64,000 nucleotides of DNA. Origin: an uncultured cyanobacterium (GTDB lineage Bacteria > Cyanobacteriota > Cyanobacteriia > Phormidesmidales > Phormidesmidaceae). The stretch is from the NCBI GenBank assembly GCA_963793265.1, contig CAWBZI010000001.1, forward strand, positions 1,408,001 to 1,472,000. Direction: 5' to 3'. Position 1 is the first letter of the stretch. Each line of letters begins with the position of its first letter. Below the pieces are notes generated by a model. It made no database searches, was not told the DNA's origin, and was given only the letters and a program-made list of their open reading frames with translations. Of this stretch, positions 48,820 to 59,192 are shown piece after piece. The position numbers and the translations under genes are program-made.

Positions 48820-50480
48820 GCCTTAGTACTATGGAGTGCTTCTGACTTTTGAAGATGAATGCTTTTGATCGTTGTGTGACAATGCCATTGATCTTCAGAG
48901 TTTGGATAGTCGCTGCGGTAGTGTCCGCCCCTGCTCTCAGTGCGGAAGGCGGCGCTTTTGAGAATGAGAGTAGCGATCACTAACAAATTCCGCACTTCCC
49001 CCCACAGCCGCACATGATCAGCCGTTACTGACTCAGGTAGCTTAATTCTTGCATTGGGCGATCGCATCAATACCTGACTAATCGAAAGCCGATCAAATTC
49101 AGCCTGCCAGTTTGCAACTTGAGAAATAGCATCATCCATCAACCCCTGCTCCCGGCTGATGCCTGCACTTTGCCACACTAGCTGCGGGAGTTGCGATCGC
49201 CACTGAATCAAAGCCTTTAACCATTCCCCTTCTACCACCACCGCCTGAAGCTTCTCACCAGCCAATCTTTCCACTTCAGGCCCAAGCTGAATATCCTTAA
49301 GCTGTGCGCCATACACTAAGCATTCAAGCAGCGAATTGCTAGCCAAACGATTCGCGCCATGGACGCCCGTACTGGCGTTCTCGCCAACCGCATACAGGTG
49401 TTTAATGGTGGTTTCGCTGTCGAGCCCGCAGGCAATGCCGCCCATCCAATAGTGAGCCGCAGGTGAAACAGGAATAGGCTCGTTAAATACGTCTATACCC
49501 CAGTGCTTGCAGACGTTAATGATGTTGGGAAAGCGATAGCGAATGCGCTCAGGATCGATAGGATTGAGATCTAGCCAAACATGATCCTCGGGAATTTCAT
49601 CTTTTTGCAAGTGATTAAAAATAGAGCGGCTGACGATATCACGGGGCGCAAGTTCGCCTTTGGGGTGGTCGTTAAAGGTGAAGCGATCGCCCCTGCTATC
49701 TAACAAATGCGCGCCTTCTCCCCGCACTGCCTCACTGATCAAAAAGCGAGGCGCACCCGGCTTTGTCAGCGCCGTCGGATGAAATTGAAAAAACTCTAAA
49801 TCGCGAACTTTTGCACCGGCCCGCCATGCCATCGCCACGCCATCGCCCGTGCTTGCCGCTGGATTGGTCGTCTGCGAAAAAACCTGCCCGCCACCCCCCG
49901 TTGCTAATACAACAGCTCTAGCTGGTAACCACCAAACCTCGTCTCCTTGAGCTAGGCAGACACCTCGACATCCGGCATCTGTAGTCCAAAGGTCAAGTAC
50001 AAACGTTTGACTAAAAACCTCAATATTCTCTCGCTTAAGCACCTGCAAAGCCAGCGTAGAAACAATCGCGTGGCCTGTCGTATCGGCAGCATGAAGGACT
50101 CTTTTACGCGAGTGGGCGGCCTCTAGGGTCATCGCAAGCTGACCGCCCGAACGATCGAACGCTACACCCAATTTCACGAGCGATTCGATGCAACCTTGAG
50201 CTTCTTCTACCAGTAGCTTTACTGCCTCAGGTTCGCATAATCCCGCGCCTGCACTGAGCGTATCTTGAATGTGCAAAACAGGTGAGTCTTCAGGGGAGAT
50301 AGCTGCGGCAATGCCACCTTGAGCCCAATCGCTTGCAGAGATGGTGAGATTGTCTTTGGTGATGAGCGCTACTCTGAGGTGTTTTGGTAGGCACAATGCC
50401 GAATAAAGGCCCGCTGCGCCGCCGCCGATGACTAAAACATCGAAGGCTTTACGATCAAGCTGAGAGGTGGAGGTAGCCAA
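48816..50480 (-). CDS. nadB: L-aspartate oxidase
   Basis: GGGAAG, AQGGIAA, EAAHS, QFHPT, ISEAVRGEG, HGANRLASNSLLE, ESRGGH. Confidence 0.97.
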   Translation of the reverse strand: MATSTSQLDRKAFDVLVIGGGAAGLYSALCLPKHLRVALITKDNLTISASDWAQGGIAAAISPEDSPVLHIQDTLSAGAGLCEPEAVKLLVEEAQGCIESLVKLGVAFDRSGGQLAMTLEAAHSRKRVLHAADTTGHAIVSTLALQVLKRENIEVFSQTFVLDLWTTDAGCRGVCLAQGDEVWWLPARAVVLATGGGGQVFSQTTNPAASTGDGVAMAWRAGAKVRDLEFFQFHPTALTKPGAPRFLISEAVRGEGAHLLDSRGDRFTFNDHPKGELAPRDIVSRSIFNHLQKDEIPEDHVWLDLNPIDPERIRYRFPNIINVCKHWGIDVFNEPIPVSPAAHYWMGGIACGLDSETTIKHLYAVGENASTGVHGANRLASNSLLECLVYGAQLKDIQLGPEVERLAGEKLQAVVVEGEWLKALIQWRSQLPQLVWQSAGISREQGLMDDAISQVANWQAEFDRLSISQVLMRSPNARIKLPESVTADHVRLWGEVRNLLVIATLILKSAAFRTESRGGHYRSDYPNSEDQWHCHTTIKSIHLQKSEALHSTKA

Positions 50481-50579
50481 TAATAATCACTCCTGAAAGT
50501 GAGCTAAAGCAGCAATGAGAGTTAAAGCCTCTCGTTCGTAGGCTTGATTTACTCTATCAATCAAAACGAACCTAAAAGC

Positions 50580-50611
50580 AATGCCTTCAGCTAACGTTAG
50601 CTGAAGGCATT
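50580..50611. terminator. Perfect 32-bp palindrome downstream of psbU (likely terminator)
   Basis: AATGCCTTCAGCTAAC|GTTAGCTGAAGGCATT flanked by A- and T-runs. Confidence 0.7.
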
Positions 50612-50672
50612 TTTTGTAGTCTTTACCTTTCTAAATGCGCGTTCTTGGCAGGTTGCTGCCTACAGTCATTGA

Positions 50673-51143
50673 CTACTTGTAAACGCCGTTATTAAATCGG
50701 TCAGCACCTTCTACCAAAGCCGGGTCGGGTGGAGAGATAGTGAAGATATCAATGTTTTGCTCAAGACGATCTTTCTCTACAGCGCTGAGGCCAGGAATGT
50801 TCAAAACATCCTCAACTGAGTCGTAAGGTGCGTTAGTGACGACCTTGCCAGCAATCGTAGGGTAAAGACCGCGAAACTTTCTGAAAGACGCAATGTTAGT
50901 GTTATTAACGTCAATTTTGTTGCCGTAGGCGGTCGCTAGCTTGTCATCTACAGAGTTACGTAACTCTCGGCCACCTGCGTTTGCCAAAAGGGATGTATTG
51001 CCTGATGTCTGTAGCGCTAGCCCAAAACCTGCTGCCGATGCTGGCTGCGCATTGCCCAGCAGCAACGAGCTGATTAGCATTCCGAAAGCGATCGCGGTGC
51101 CAACAAAGTTGCTTAGCGCCTGCTTAATCTGTGCTTGGTTCAT
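50673..51143 (-). CDS. psbU: Photosystem II 12 kDa extrinsic protein PsbU
   Basis: KIDVNNTNI...GLYPTIAG...[10 protein letters not shown]...[10 protein letters not shown]; signal peptide. Confidence 0.97.
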   Translation of the reverse strand: MNQAQIKQALSNFVGTAIAFGMLISSLLLGNAQPASAAGFGLALQTSGNTSLLANAGGRELRNSVDDKLATAYGNKIDVNNTNIASFRKFRGLYPTIAGKVVTNAPYDSVEDVLNIPGLSAVEKDRLEQNIDIFTISPPDPALVEGADRFNNGVYK

Positions 51144-51211
51144 TTGCTCAAACCCTCTTTTAAGATCTACTCTCTACATACTTTGAGAATATCATTTTCT
51201 TTAGGTTTTTC

Positions 51212-52231
51212 TCAGGGCTTTACAGGTACGGCATTCCGCTCCTGTCGGCTGTAGGCATTTAAAAATCTATCTAAGTCTGAAAAAGCGCAGCCGTGAGTGA
51301 TTAAAGGGCGTTCATAACCTTTGAGTTCGACGGCGTAGCGTTTGAAGGTTTGCTGACTAACGCCAAGCTGTTCTAGGGCCTGGTAGGTGGTTTCTCCGAC
51401 AGAGACATCAAGACCGAGCTGCTTGGTGGAGCTTTCAAAGCGAAAAGCGGCGTTTACGGTGTCGCCCAGCGGGGTGTAGTCGGGGCGATCGCTACTCCCC
51501 GCATTCCCCACCATGGCATAGCCGGTATTCAGCCCAGCCCCAATTCGCAAAGGAAACGGTAGCGGAAATTCTTCGTGTAGCTTGCTGGTCATTCGATTCA
51601 GCTCGCTCATTGCCTTAGAGATTTGCAGCATAGATTCAGGCGTCACCTCTTGCGTGCCATGAATCCAAACGGCCATCACCGCATCGCCAATATACTTATC
51701 TACCCAGCTACCGTAGTCATTAATAATTTCTCCGGCATAGCGAAACCAAGTGCCGATCGCTTCAGAGAGTATCTTTTCGTCGAGCTGGCGCGTCATCACC
51801 GTGTAGTCGCGAATATCCACGACCAGCACCGAAATCAACCGGCGAACGTGAAGTGCCGCGGTCGCTGTGAAGTTATGAGGCTCGGCATAGTCGCTAGCGG
51901 TGGCAGTTTGCAGTACCGGGCAGTAAAAGTTGAGTTCGGTTTGGCCGAAGGTAATCGCATCGCCGTTGTGTAGGGTGACTGGCACGCTGACCCGGCGACC
52001 GTTAATAAAGGAGCCGTTGCGAGAGCCCAAGTCAATCAGGTAGTATTCACCAGTATCCATGCACTGAAGCATGGCGTGGTTGCGCGAAATCCAGCGATCG
52101 CCCAGCACAAAATTATTGTCATCACTGCGGCCCACCGTCCAACAGTTGTTTCCAGTGAGGGGTAAATATTGCTGCCCTTTTTTGAGTACCAAACAGGGGC
52201 CGAGTTTTGAAGTGCTCTCAGGTGTTGCCAC
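51212..52231 (-). CDS. FHA-domain class III adenylate cyclase (Cya1-like)
   Basis: FHA (VGR, ISRNHA, GSRNG); cyclase VVDIRDYT, DKYIGDAVM, DYTPLGDTVNAAFR. Confidence 0.92.
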   Translation of the reverse strand: MATPESTSKLGPCLVLKKGQQYLPLTGNNCWTVGRSDDNNFVLGDRWISRNHAMLQCMDTGEYYLIDLGSRNGSFINGRRVSVPVTLHNGDAITFGQTELNFYCPVLQTATASDYAEPHNFTATAALHVRRLISVLVVDIRDYTVMTRQLDEKILSEAIGTWFRYAGEIINDYGSWVDKYIGDAVMAVWIHGTQEVTPESMLQISKAMSELNRMTSKLHEEFPLPFPLRIGAGLNTGYAMVGNAGSSDRPDYTPLGDTVNAAFRFESSTKQLGLDVSVGETTYQALEQLGVSQQTFKRYAVELKGYERPLITHGCAFSDLDRFLNAYSRQERNAVPVKP

Positions 52232-52508
52232 AGGTGTTAATAATTTATTGATAATCTTTCTGTATAGCCAGCGCAGATCGCTCCGCGAAACCCTTCAAAG
52301 CGCTGTAAATCTTGCTGGCAATAGCCTAGCGACATACCCGCATTTGCACCAACGTGATTTTACTGAGTGCGATCAGTCACTATCTAGCTCGCCGCTTTTG
52401 CAGCTTATTAAGCACTACGCCTAGGTTCCTGTACCTTCCGGTCATAACCTTTAGGAAGTACGTGTAGTCTGTGTGTAGATCGTGCGATCGCTTCTAGTCC
52501 AAACGGGT

Positions 52509-53324
52509 TTAAGACAAAACAGCAGCTACGAAGAACAGGCTATCTACCAAAATAGTGCTCAAAATTGCACCGCTAAAAGCCCACCATTTAGTGCTTGCTG
52601 ACCTCATTGGGATAGTGCCCAGCATAATCAGCAGCACCAACAGCACCACCGCATAGCCGACGCCTTCATAGGTTTCCATACGAAGCAACGCGCCATGCAA
52701 AATTTGACCGGCCTGAGCGGGCTCGCTCATCATGAGCTTTTGCCAGTAGGGAATTAGCCCCACGCAGTAAAAATAAATATCTGTAATGGCTGTACCCAAC
52801 AGCGAGCCTAAATAAAAGTAGTTGCCAATCTTGGCCTTGCCGTAATACATCAGCACCAGCACGATTGGTAGCCCTACGGCTTCTAGAGGCAAATGGATGT
52901 AGGGGTTCGTGCGAAACCAGCCCCAGTAAATAGAGCCTGCAAGCCAGGTTCAGCTAAAGCCAACAATCAGATCGCCCCATAGGTTCGAGGAGGGCTCTTT
53001 CATCCATCGGTAGCCTAGCGTCAGCCATAGGCCGGTGATTGCAAAGCTTAAAACCGGCGCAATTCTGACGAGCGGCGCTTGAATAAAAACAGGGAAGGCA
53101 ACCAGCATCGCTGCAGCGATAAAGGCTCTTAGCCGGTTGCCTTTAGAATTTTCAGCTATCAGCGCTAACGAAGCGTACTTTGCCTTTAGCTTTAGACCGG
53201 CTTCAACGATGGCGGAGGGCTCTTTTTGAATACCTTGGCCAATGATTTCGGCGGGCGCTTCGGAACGGATCTGCAAAGTCTCAACATCCTTAACTTGTGG
53301 CGCGGGCTGTTTAAGAACTTGCAA
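52509..53324 (-). pseudogene. DUF3120 membrane protein interrupted by an in-frame TGA at 52950-52952
   Basis: PVFIQAPLVR...WGDLIVGFS*TWLAGSIYWGWFRTNPYIHLPLEA...FYLGSLLGTAITD; both halves are in the same frame. Confidence 0.85.
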
Positions 53325-53663
53325 GGCTTTTCTGAGATGAGTTAACCATTCTTAACATAACACGCTTTACATTTCTGGTGAACCGTAAAGTGCGACTTGC
53401 TGGGGCGCTACGGCATTTAGTTTGAAATAGATAGATACTTTAGCTGAATGTTTATTAATGCTCGCCACTCTGACCTGCAGCACTTCGTCTGTAAGGATGA
53501 CTATGAGTTCGCGAAGTAATATTTTAAGGGTTTAATTTCTGACTAGAGTTTAACGGTTGCCTGTATAAGTACGGTCAATATCTTAATATCTACTTCACGA
53601 TTTTGCCGTTTTGCAGCCTGTTTTCACACGTTTGGATAAGCTCGGCTTAGATACAATCCCTCT

Positions 53664-53709
53664 GGGCTTTTCGTTCGGGCTTTTCGTTCGGGCTTTTCGT
53701 TTGGGCTTT
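53664..53709. repeat. 13-bp tandem repeat (GGGCTTTTCGTTC) x3.5 upstream of uppP
   Basis: Directly visible; no spacers. Confidence 0.9.
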
Positions 53710-53755
53710 CCGAAGAATTATCTAGGAATTATTTTCAGGAACTATCTTTACGACC

Positions 53756-54637
53756 ATGACAATGAACCTGCTAGCTGTAGCCGATCAATCCATCACGCCC
53801 TCTATTACGCTGTGGCACGCGATTGTCATTGGCATTGTGCAAGGGCTAACTGAGTTTTTGCCAATTAGCAGTACGGCGCACGTAAAGGTAGTACCCGTGC
53901 TGTTGGGCTGGGGCGATCCGGGTGTGTCTTTTACGGCGGTAATTCAGTTGGGTAGCATCGCTGCTATCCTCTGGTACTTTTGGGAAGATCTTTCGTCGGT
54001 GACGATGAATACGATTCGGGCAGTGAAAAAGCGGGACTTTGGCTCGTCGGATTTTCGGCTGGGGTTCGGCATCATTTTGGGAACAGTTCCGGCGGTGATG
54101 ATTGGCTTGTTTGTGAAGCTATTTGTCCCTGGCTATGACAGCTCGATCGTGCGATCTACGGCGGCGATCGCGATCACTTCAATCGTGATGGCACTGCTTT
54201 TGGGCCTCGCTGAGTTCGTCGGTAGCCGTAAGCGCGACTTCTCTAAACTTGATCTCAATGATGGTATTGGCGTTGGGCTAGCACAGGCGCTGGCGATTAT
54301 TCCGGGCGTATCGCGCTCGGGTTCTACGCTAACGGCGGGACTATTTTTGGGGCTGAAGCGAGAGACAGCGGCTAGATTTTCCTTCTTGCTAGGCACGATT
54401 ACGATCACGCTGGCGGGCCTGGTGTCTTTGCCAGATATGTTCGTTGCCGATAGTGCGGTGGGAATCGTGCCGCTGATCGGCGGAATCTTAGCGGCGGTAG
54501 TGTCTTCTTATCTGGCGATTGCCTGGCTAATTGAGTTTCTTAAAAAGCACAGCACCTGGGTGTTTGTTTGGTACCGGCTGGCATTTGGCGCACTGCTGCT
54601 GGTCGCGATCGCACTCGGCAAGCTCGAAAATATATAG
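53756..54637 (+). CDS. uppP: Undecaprenyl-diphosphate phosphatase
   Basis: QGLTEFLPISSTAH, IPGVSRSGST, AARFSFLL. Confidence 0.97.
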   Translation: MTMNLLAVADQSITPSITLWHAIVIGIVQGLTEFLPISSTAHVKVVPVLLGWGDPGVSFTAVIQLGSIAAILWYFWEDLSSVTMNTIRAVKKRDFGSSDFRLGFGIILGTVPAVMIGLFVKLFVPGYDSSIVRSTAAIAITSIVMALLLGLAEFVGSRKRDFSKLDLNDGIGVGLAQALAIIPGVSRSGSTLTAGLFLGLKRETAARFSFLLGTITITLAGLVSLPDMFVADSAVGIVPLIGGILAAVVSSYLAIAWLIEFLKKHSTWVFVWYRLAFGALLLVAIALGKLENI

Positions 54638-54717
54638 TAAAGCGTCTTTCCATCATCCTCTTCGATCAAAAGAACGCTAGGGTTAAAGGGCAATTGCCCG
54701 CGAATCGTTTTCGTGCC

Positions 54718-56091
54718 ATGACTACCGCTCTAAACCTGCATCCCACCAAAACCACTGCGATCGCACCTGCGCTAATCACCAGCGTGGTCGCTGGATCTAT
54801 TGCCGAAGAAATTGGGTTTGAAGCGGGCGATCGCCTCATATCTGTCAACGGCCAGCGGCCTCGCGATCTAATCGACTACCGCTTCTTGTGCTCCGATGAA
54901 GTACTAGACCTTGAAGTGCTCGATACCAAGGGCGTCACGCACACAGTTGAGATTGAGAAAGACTACGACGAAGAGCTGGGCCTGGAGTTTGAGACTGCCC
55001 TATTCGACGGCCTGATTCAGTGCGTCAACCGCTGTCCTTTTTGCTTTATCGATCAGCAGCCGCCCGGCAAACGTGAAACGCTCTATCTCAAAGATGACGA
55101 CTATCGCCTGAGCTTTCTATATGGTAGCTACCTCACGCTAACCAATATTCCACCGGCTGAGTGGGATCGAATTGCGCGGCTGCGGCTCTCTCCTTTGTAT
55201 GTGTCTGTTCATGCGACCGAAGGAGACGTGCGATCGCGCCTACTTAAAAACGATCGCGCTGCCAAAATTCTTGAACACATTACCTGGTTCCAAACCCACC
55301 GGCTCCAAATTCATGCGCAGGTTGTCGTCTGCCCTGGTATCAACGATGGCTCTCATTTGGAGCAAACGCTCAGAGACTTAGCCCGTTTCCATCAGGGCGA
55401 CGTGCCTGCTGTAGCCTCTGCCGCTGTCGTACCGGTTGGCCTTACCCGCTTTCGCCCCGATGAAGACGAGCTGGTACCTGTAACCACGGCTAAAGCGCAA
55501 GAGGTAATCGCTCAAGTGCAGGCGCTTCAGGCTGAGTTTCAAGCTGAGCTAGGGACGCCTTTTGCCTGGCTCGCTGACGAATGGTTTTTGATTGGGCGTC
55601 AGCCGCTACCGCCTGAGAGTCATTACGGCTCCTATCCACAAATTGGGAATGGAGTAGGATCGATTCGGCTGTTTTTAAAGGAGTTTGAGGCGATCGCCAA
55701 AACCCTGCCAACCGAAGTTTCTGGGCCTCGTGCCTTTACCTGGGTAGTCGGTAACGCGGTAGAACACGCCTTTGCACCTCTAGTCACGCGGCTCAATCAA
55801 GTTCATAACCTCACCGTGACGATGGCTCCTATCAACAGTGACTATTGGGGCCAAAAGATCACAGTAACCGGGCTGCTCACGGGTCAAGACATCGCCACAC
55901 AGCTTGCCGGGAAAGAGTTAGGTGAGGCCGTACTGCTACCTGCCTTGATGCTCAAGCAAAGCGACAGCAAGCGCCCGGATAAAACCTACTTTTTGGACGA
56001 CATGTCGCTGGCGCAGCTTGAAAGTGAACTAAACTGTTCAGTATTATCTATAGCAGGATTGCCCGAGCTAATAGCAGCTTGCTGTAATTAG
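54718..56091 (+). CDS. PDZ + radical SAM protein (TIGR03279/DUF512)
   Basis: PDZ-like start, CVNRCPFCF, KDDDYRLSFLYGSY, YPQIGNGVG, VTGLLTG; ATG at 54718 likely. Confidence 0.92.
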   Translation: MTTALNLHPTKTTAIAPALITSVVAGSIAEEIGFEAGDRLISVNGQRPRDLIDYRFLCSDEVLDLEVLDTKGVTHTVEIEKDYDEELGLEFETALFDGLIQCVNRCPFCFIDQQPPGKRETLYLKDDDYRLSFLYGSYLTLTNIPPAEWDRIARLRLSPLYVSVHATEGDVRSRLLKNDRAAKILEHITWFQTHRLQIHAQVVVCPGINDGSHLEQTLRDLARFHQGDVPAVASAAVVPVGLTRFRPDEDELVPVTTAKAQEVIAQVQALQAEFQAELGTPFAWLADEWFLIGRQPLPPESHYGSYPQIGNGVGSIRLFLKEFEAIAKTLPTEVSGPRAFTWVVGNAVEHAFAPLVTRLNQVHNLTVTMAPINSDYWGQKITVTGLLTGQDIATQLAGKELGEAVLLPALMLKQSDSKRPDKTYFLDDMSLAQLESELNCSVLSIAGLPELIAACCN

Positions 56092-56382
56092 GCGTCAAAA
56101 GTATCCGCCGTGGTGCCATCTGTCGTATGGTCATAGGGTGAACTTGTCGGGGCGAACCTGTCTATAAGTGACTTGTCTCTATGCTGTTTAGTGCTCTCGG
56201 CGTGCGATGTGGAAACCTAGCTGAGTTGCTTAAGTCTTTCAGCTCTGGGGGCTATTTGTATAAACTCGTTCATTCGTACCCTGATGGTTCATTAATTCGG
56301 TTGTAGGCTGATCTATAGCCCCGAACGACGGGCACGGTTGAAAATTTTGAGCGATATGCCCGAATCTGAGCGCTATTGAGTT

Positions 56383-58341
56383 TTGTTGAAGTCACTAAGT
56401 CCAAAGTCTATTGAAGCCATCAGCACTATGCGATATTTCAAACCTGCTGCTTTCCTGCTGCTAATTATGAGCAGCGCGGTATCTTTGCTGCCAAAAGAGG
56501 CGATCGCTGCCGACGATGCAGAGGCTACAAGCTCCGCAAGTAGTGTGTCTCAACAATCGCCTGCCGATTTCTCTACACTGCTCTATGGTGTGCTCAACGG
56601 TGTGCTCAACGGTGGTGTGCTCAACGGTGCTCCCAATGGTGCTCAAGGTGAGCCTAACAACGCCTTATCCATCCAAACACCGCCAGCAGCAGCCCCTTCA
56701 TTCTCAGATGCTGCGCCTGGTAGCACAGCGTCAGCAGATGAACAGCAAATGGCGTCCAAATCGATGGACTTAGAAGACTTCAGGCGAATGATTGAAACGC
56801 CACGTTCCGAGCCAGATTCAGCCGTTACGCAAGTCCCTGTCCAAACACCTACGCAGGCCCCTGAGAGCCCACCGCCTCAAGATCTTCCCTCTCTAGAGAC
56901 GCCTGATCTAGACGAACCGGAATTAGAAGAACCTACCGATTCTGAGATACCTGTTGATGTTTCGCCTGTAGAGCCCGTGGGGGCTCCGCCTGCCGATACA
57001 CAGGAAGATTCCGATTTGCCAACCCCTACGGCTGATCTTAACGAAGTCCCAGATATTCTATTTACCGATCCTAATCCGCTTAACGTGCCGGTTTTTGAGT
57101 CAGAAGTTGATGTAGACCTCAATCCGGTAGTGACTTTAGAAGAGGCCGTCGAGCTAGCCTACAGAAACAATCAGACCCTACAGGCATCCTTACTATCGTT
57201 AGAACAGGCCGAAGCTGCTGTTCGTGAAGCCAGAGCCGCGTTAGTGCCTATTATCTCTACAAGCGCTCAGCTAGACGATACGCAAAGCGGCAGTGCTGGG
57301 AGTACTACGCTTCAAGGATCAGTTCGAGTTGATTACAATCTCATCACTGGCGGCTCTCGGTCGGCCTCTATTCGAGCCGCAGAGCTTCAGCAGCAAGTGA
57401 GTGCTTTGACAGTTGAGGTGCAGCAGGAACAAATTCGTCTGACGACCGCTACTGCTTACTACGCACTTCAAGAAGCGGGCGAACAGATTCGGATTAACCA
57501 GTCATTCGTGAATGAGGCAGAGCGCAACCTACGAGATTCAGAGCTGCGTCAGGAAGTCGGTGTTGGCACCCGGTTCGATGTTCTTAGAGCTGACGTACAG
57601 CTTGCTAATGCGCTCCAATCGCTCACACAGTCGCGATTTGATCAAGATATTGCTCGCAGGGATATTGCCAGGCTGCTAAATTTGCCCCCAACGGCTGGAT
57701 TAACAGCGACACCCGTTGCCAAAGCTGAAATATGGCCTCTGGATCTTGAACAAAGCATACTGCTTGCCTTTCAAAATCGCGCAGAGCTAGAGCAGCAGTT
57801 ACTACAGGCAGGCATCAACGAAGAGCAGCGGAAAATTGCGCTAGCTACAATTCGTCCACAGGTCGGTTTGTTCGCCAGCTATGGCTTGCAAACTACCTTA
57901 GCCAGCGACAATTCACTTGTAGATACGGGCGAATTAGACGATAGCACGGCCTTCGGTGCTACCTTCAGCTGGCGACTCTTTGACGGCGGTGCTACTCGCT
58001 CAGCGGCGAGACAGCAAGAAATTCAGAGCGAAATCTCTGAAGAGCAGTTCAGCGAAAGTCTCGATCAAGTTCGGTTTGATGTAGAGCAGTCGTTCTTTAA
58101 CCTGCAAGCTAACGAAGAGAATATTTCTACGTCTCAGGTCGCTGTGAGTCAGGCTGAAGAAGCGCTGTCGCTGGCTAATTTGCGTTTACAGGCTGGCGTT
58201 GGCACCCAGCTAGACGTGCTGACAGCTCAAAGCGAACTGACCCAGGCCCAAGTCAACAACGTCACCGCTATATTGGGCTATAACCGAGCGTTAGCGGCCC
58301 TACAGCGAGCCGTTAGCAATACGATTAGAGACATTTTGTAG
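56383..58341 (+). CDS. TolC-family outer-membrane efflux protein (HgdD-like)
   Basis: Signal peptide, long P/E/D-rich linker, TLEEAVELAYRNN, GVGTRFDVL, GVGTQLDVL; start may be ATG at 56428. Confidence 0.93.
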   Translation: MLKSLSPKSIEAISTMRYFKPAAFLLLIMSSAVSLLPKEAIAADDAEATSSASSVSQQSPADFSTLLYGVLNGVLNGGVLNGAPNGAQGEPNNALSIQTPPAAAPSFSDAAPGSTASADEQQMASKSMDLEDFRRMIETPRSEPDSAVTQVPVQTPTQAPESPPPQDLPSLETPDLDEPELEEPTDSEIPVDVSPVEPVGAPPADTQEDSDLPTPTADLNEVPDILFTDPNPLNVPVFESEVDVDLNPVVTLEEAVELAYRNNQTLQASLLSLEQAEAAVREARAALVPIISTSAQLDDTQSGSAGSTTLQGSVRVDYNLITGGSRSASIRAAELQQQVSALTVEVQQEQIRLTTATAYYALQEAGEQIRINQSFVNEAERNLRDSELRQEVGVGTRFDVLRADVQLANALQSLTQSRFDQDIARRDIARLLNLPPTAGLTATPVAKAEIWPLDLEQSILLAFQNRAELEQQLLQAGINEEQRKIALATIRPQVGLFASYGLQTTLASDNSLVDTGELDDSTAFGATFSWRLFDGGATRSAARQQEIQSEISEEQFSESLDQVRFDVEQSFFNLQANEENISTSQVAVSQAEEALSLANLRLQAGVGTQLDVLTAQSELTQAQVNNVTAILGYNRALAALQRAVSNTIRDIL

Positions 58342-58360
58342 TTTTGGCCTCTGGCGAAAC

Positions 58361-58849
58361 TTAAGAGCTGACAGGTACAGCCGCTTGAGTGAGCGCGGGA
58401 TCTACGGCTGGTTGGTTGGCTGCGCTTATCGGTGCTTGCGTGTCAGTGTCCTGACTGTTGGTGTTCTTGATCATTCTTTGAGCGCTCGGATGCAGTGAGT
58501 CAAGGCTAGGTACAGACTGTTTTGAGTGGTGGCTGAGATTGCGGAAAGCATCTTCTTGACACAGGCGCTCAATCACCTGATCGGCAGTGAGCAGTCTTTT
58601 TAAGACGACTTGACCGATAGTGGGGTTAGCGGTATTGGATGTGTCGCGATCACTCGTTTTCGGCTTAACTTCTAGCATCAGAATGGCATCTTCGGCTTGG
58701 AAGAGCCAGAGCGTTTCACCGTTTTCTTGGATACATAGAGACTGCTTTTGTAAGTGAGGCTGGCGGCGGTGGGCCTGCATATTCCACTCTCCCCCAAACT
58801 CCCAAACTCTACCGGTTGTCCAGCTATCAGATAAGAAAAAATATTTCAC
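58361..58849 (-). CDS. Conserved cyanobacterial hypothetical protein
   Basis: MKYFFLSDSWTTGRVWEFGG...ILMLEVKP...IGQVVLKRL. Confidence 0.75.
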   Translation of the reverse strand: MKYFFLSDSWTTGRVWEFGGEWNMQAHRRQPHLQKQSLCIQENGETLWLFQAEDAILMLEVKPKTSDRDTSNTANPTIGQVVLKRLLTADQVIERLCQEDAFRNLSHHSKQSVPSLDSLHPSAQRMIKNTNSQDTDTQAPISAANQPAVDPALTQAAVPVSS

Positions 58850-59030
58850 GAGGCTACCGTCATCTATTAGGGCTATTTTTCGCTGCTTGCTTGAGTCGGC
58901 TTATTATCACCTGAAAAACTAACGAGGGGCTGTTAATCCCAGACAGTTTTTACATTCGAGCCAAACCACAAATTCTCCCGGATGCGCTATCGGTGCCAAG
59001 AAGTAATAAGTGGTAGATGCACCCTGATAG

Positions 59031-59076
59031 AACGCTTGGATTCAGATTTTCTGACGAATCCCAGGCGTTTTTTTTT
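59031..59076 (+). terminator. Orphan Rho-independent terminator (no plus-strand CDS directly upstream)
   Basis: AACGCTTGGATTC...GAATCCCAGGCGTT followed by a 9-T run. Confidence 0.7.
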
Positions 59077-59192
59077 GCCTAGTTTTTTATCTAGAATTTG
59101 AGCAGACTTTAAGCAAGTTTATTTACGTATGCTTTAGGGGCCATGATACGCTACCTCAAAGCATTGAAAGCACTTATTTAAGGACTTGGCCG

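Noticed and set aside
52950..52952. In-frame TGA as selenocysteine or an alternative genetic code
   Set aside because: The position corresponds to Trp rather than Cys, and many other genes here end normally at TGA
53664..53709. Short direct repeats as a possible CRISPR array
   Set aside because: The units are 13 bp, directly adjacent, without spacers, and no cas genes are present
56100..56380. Possible structured leader or glutamine riboswitch upstream of the TolC gene
   Set aside because: Only weak hairpins; the glnA-motif core is not present
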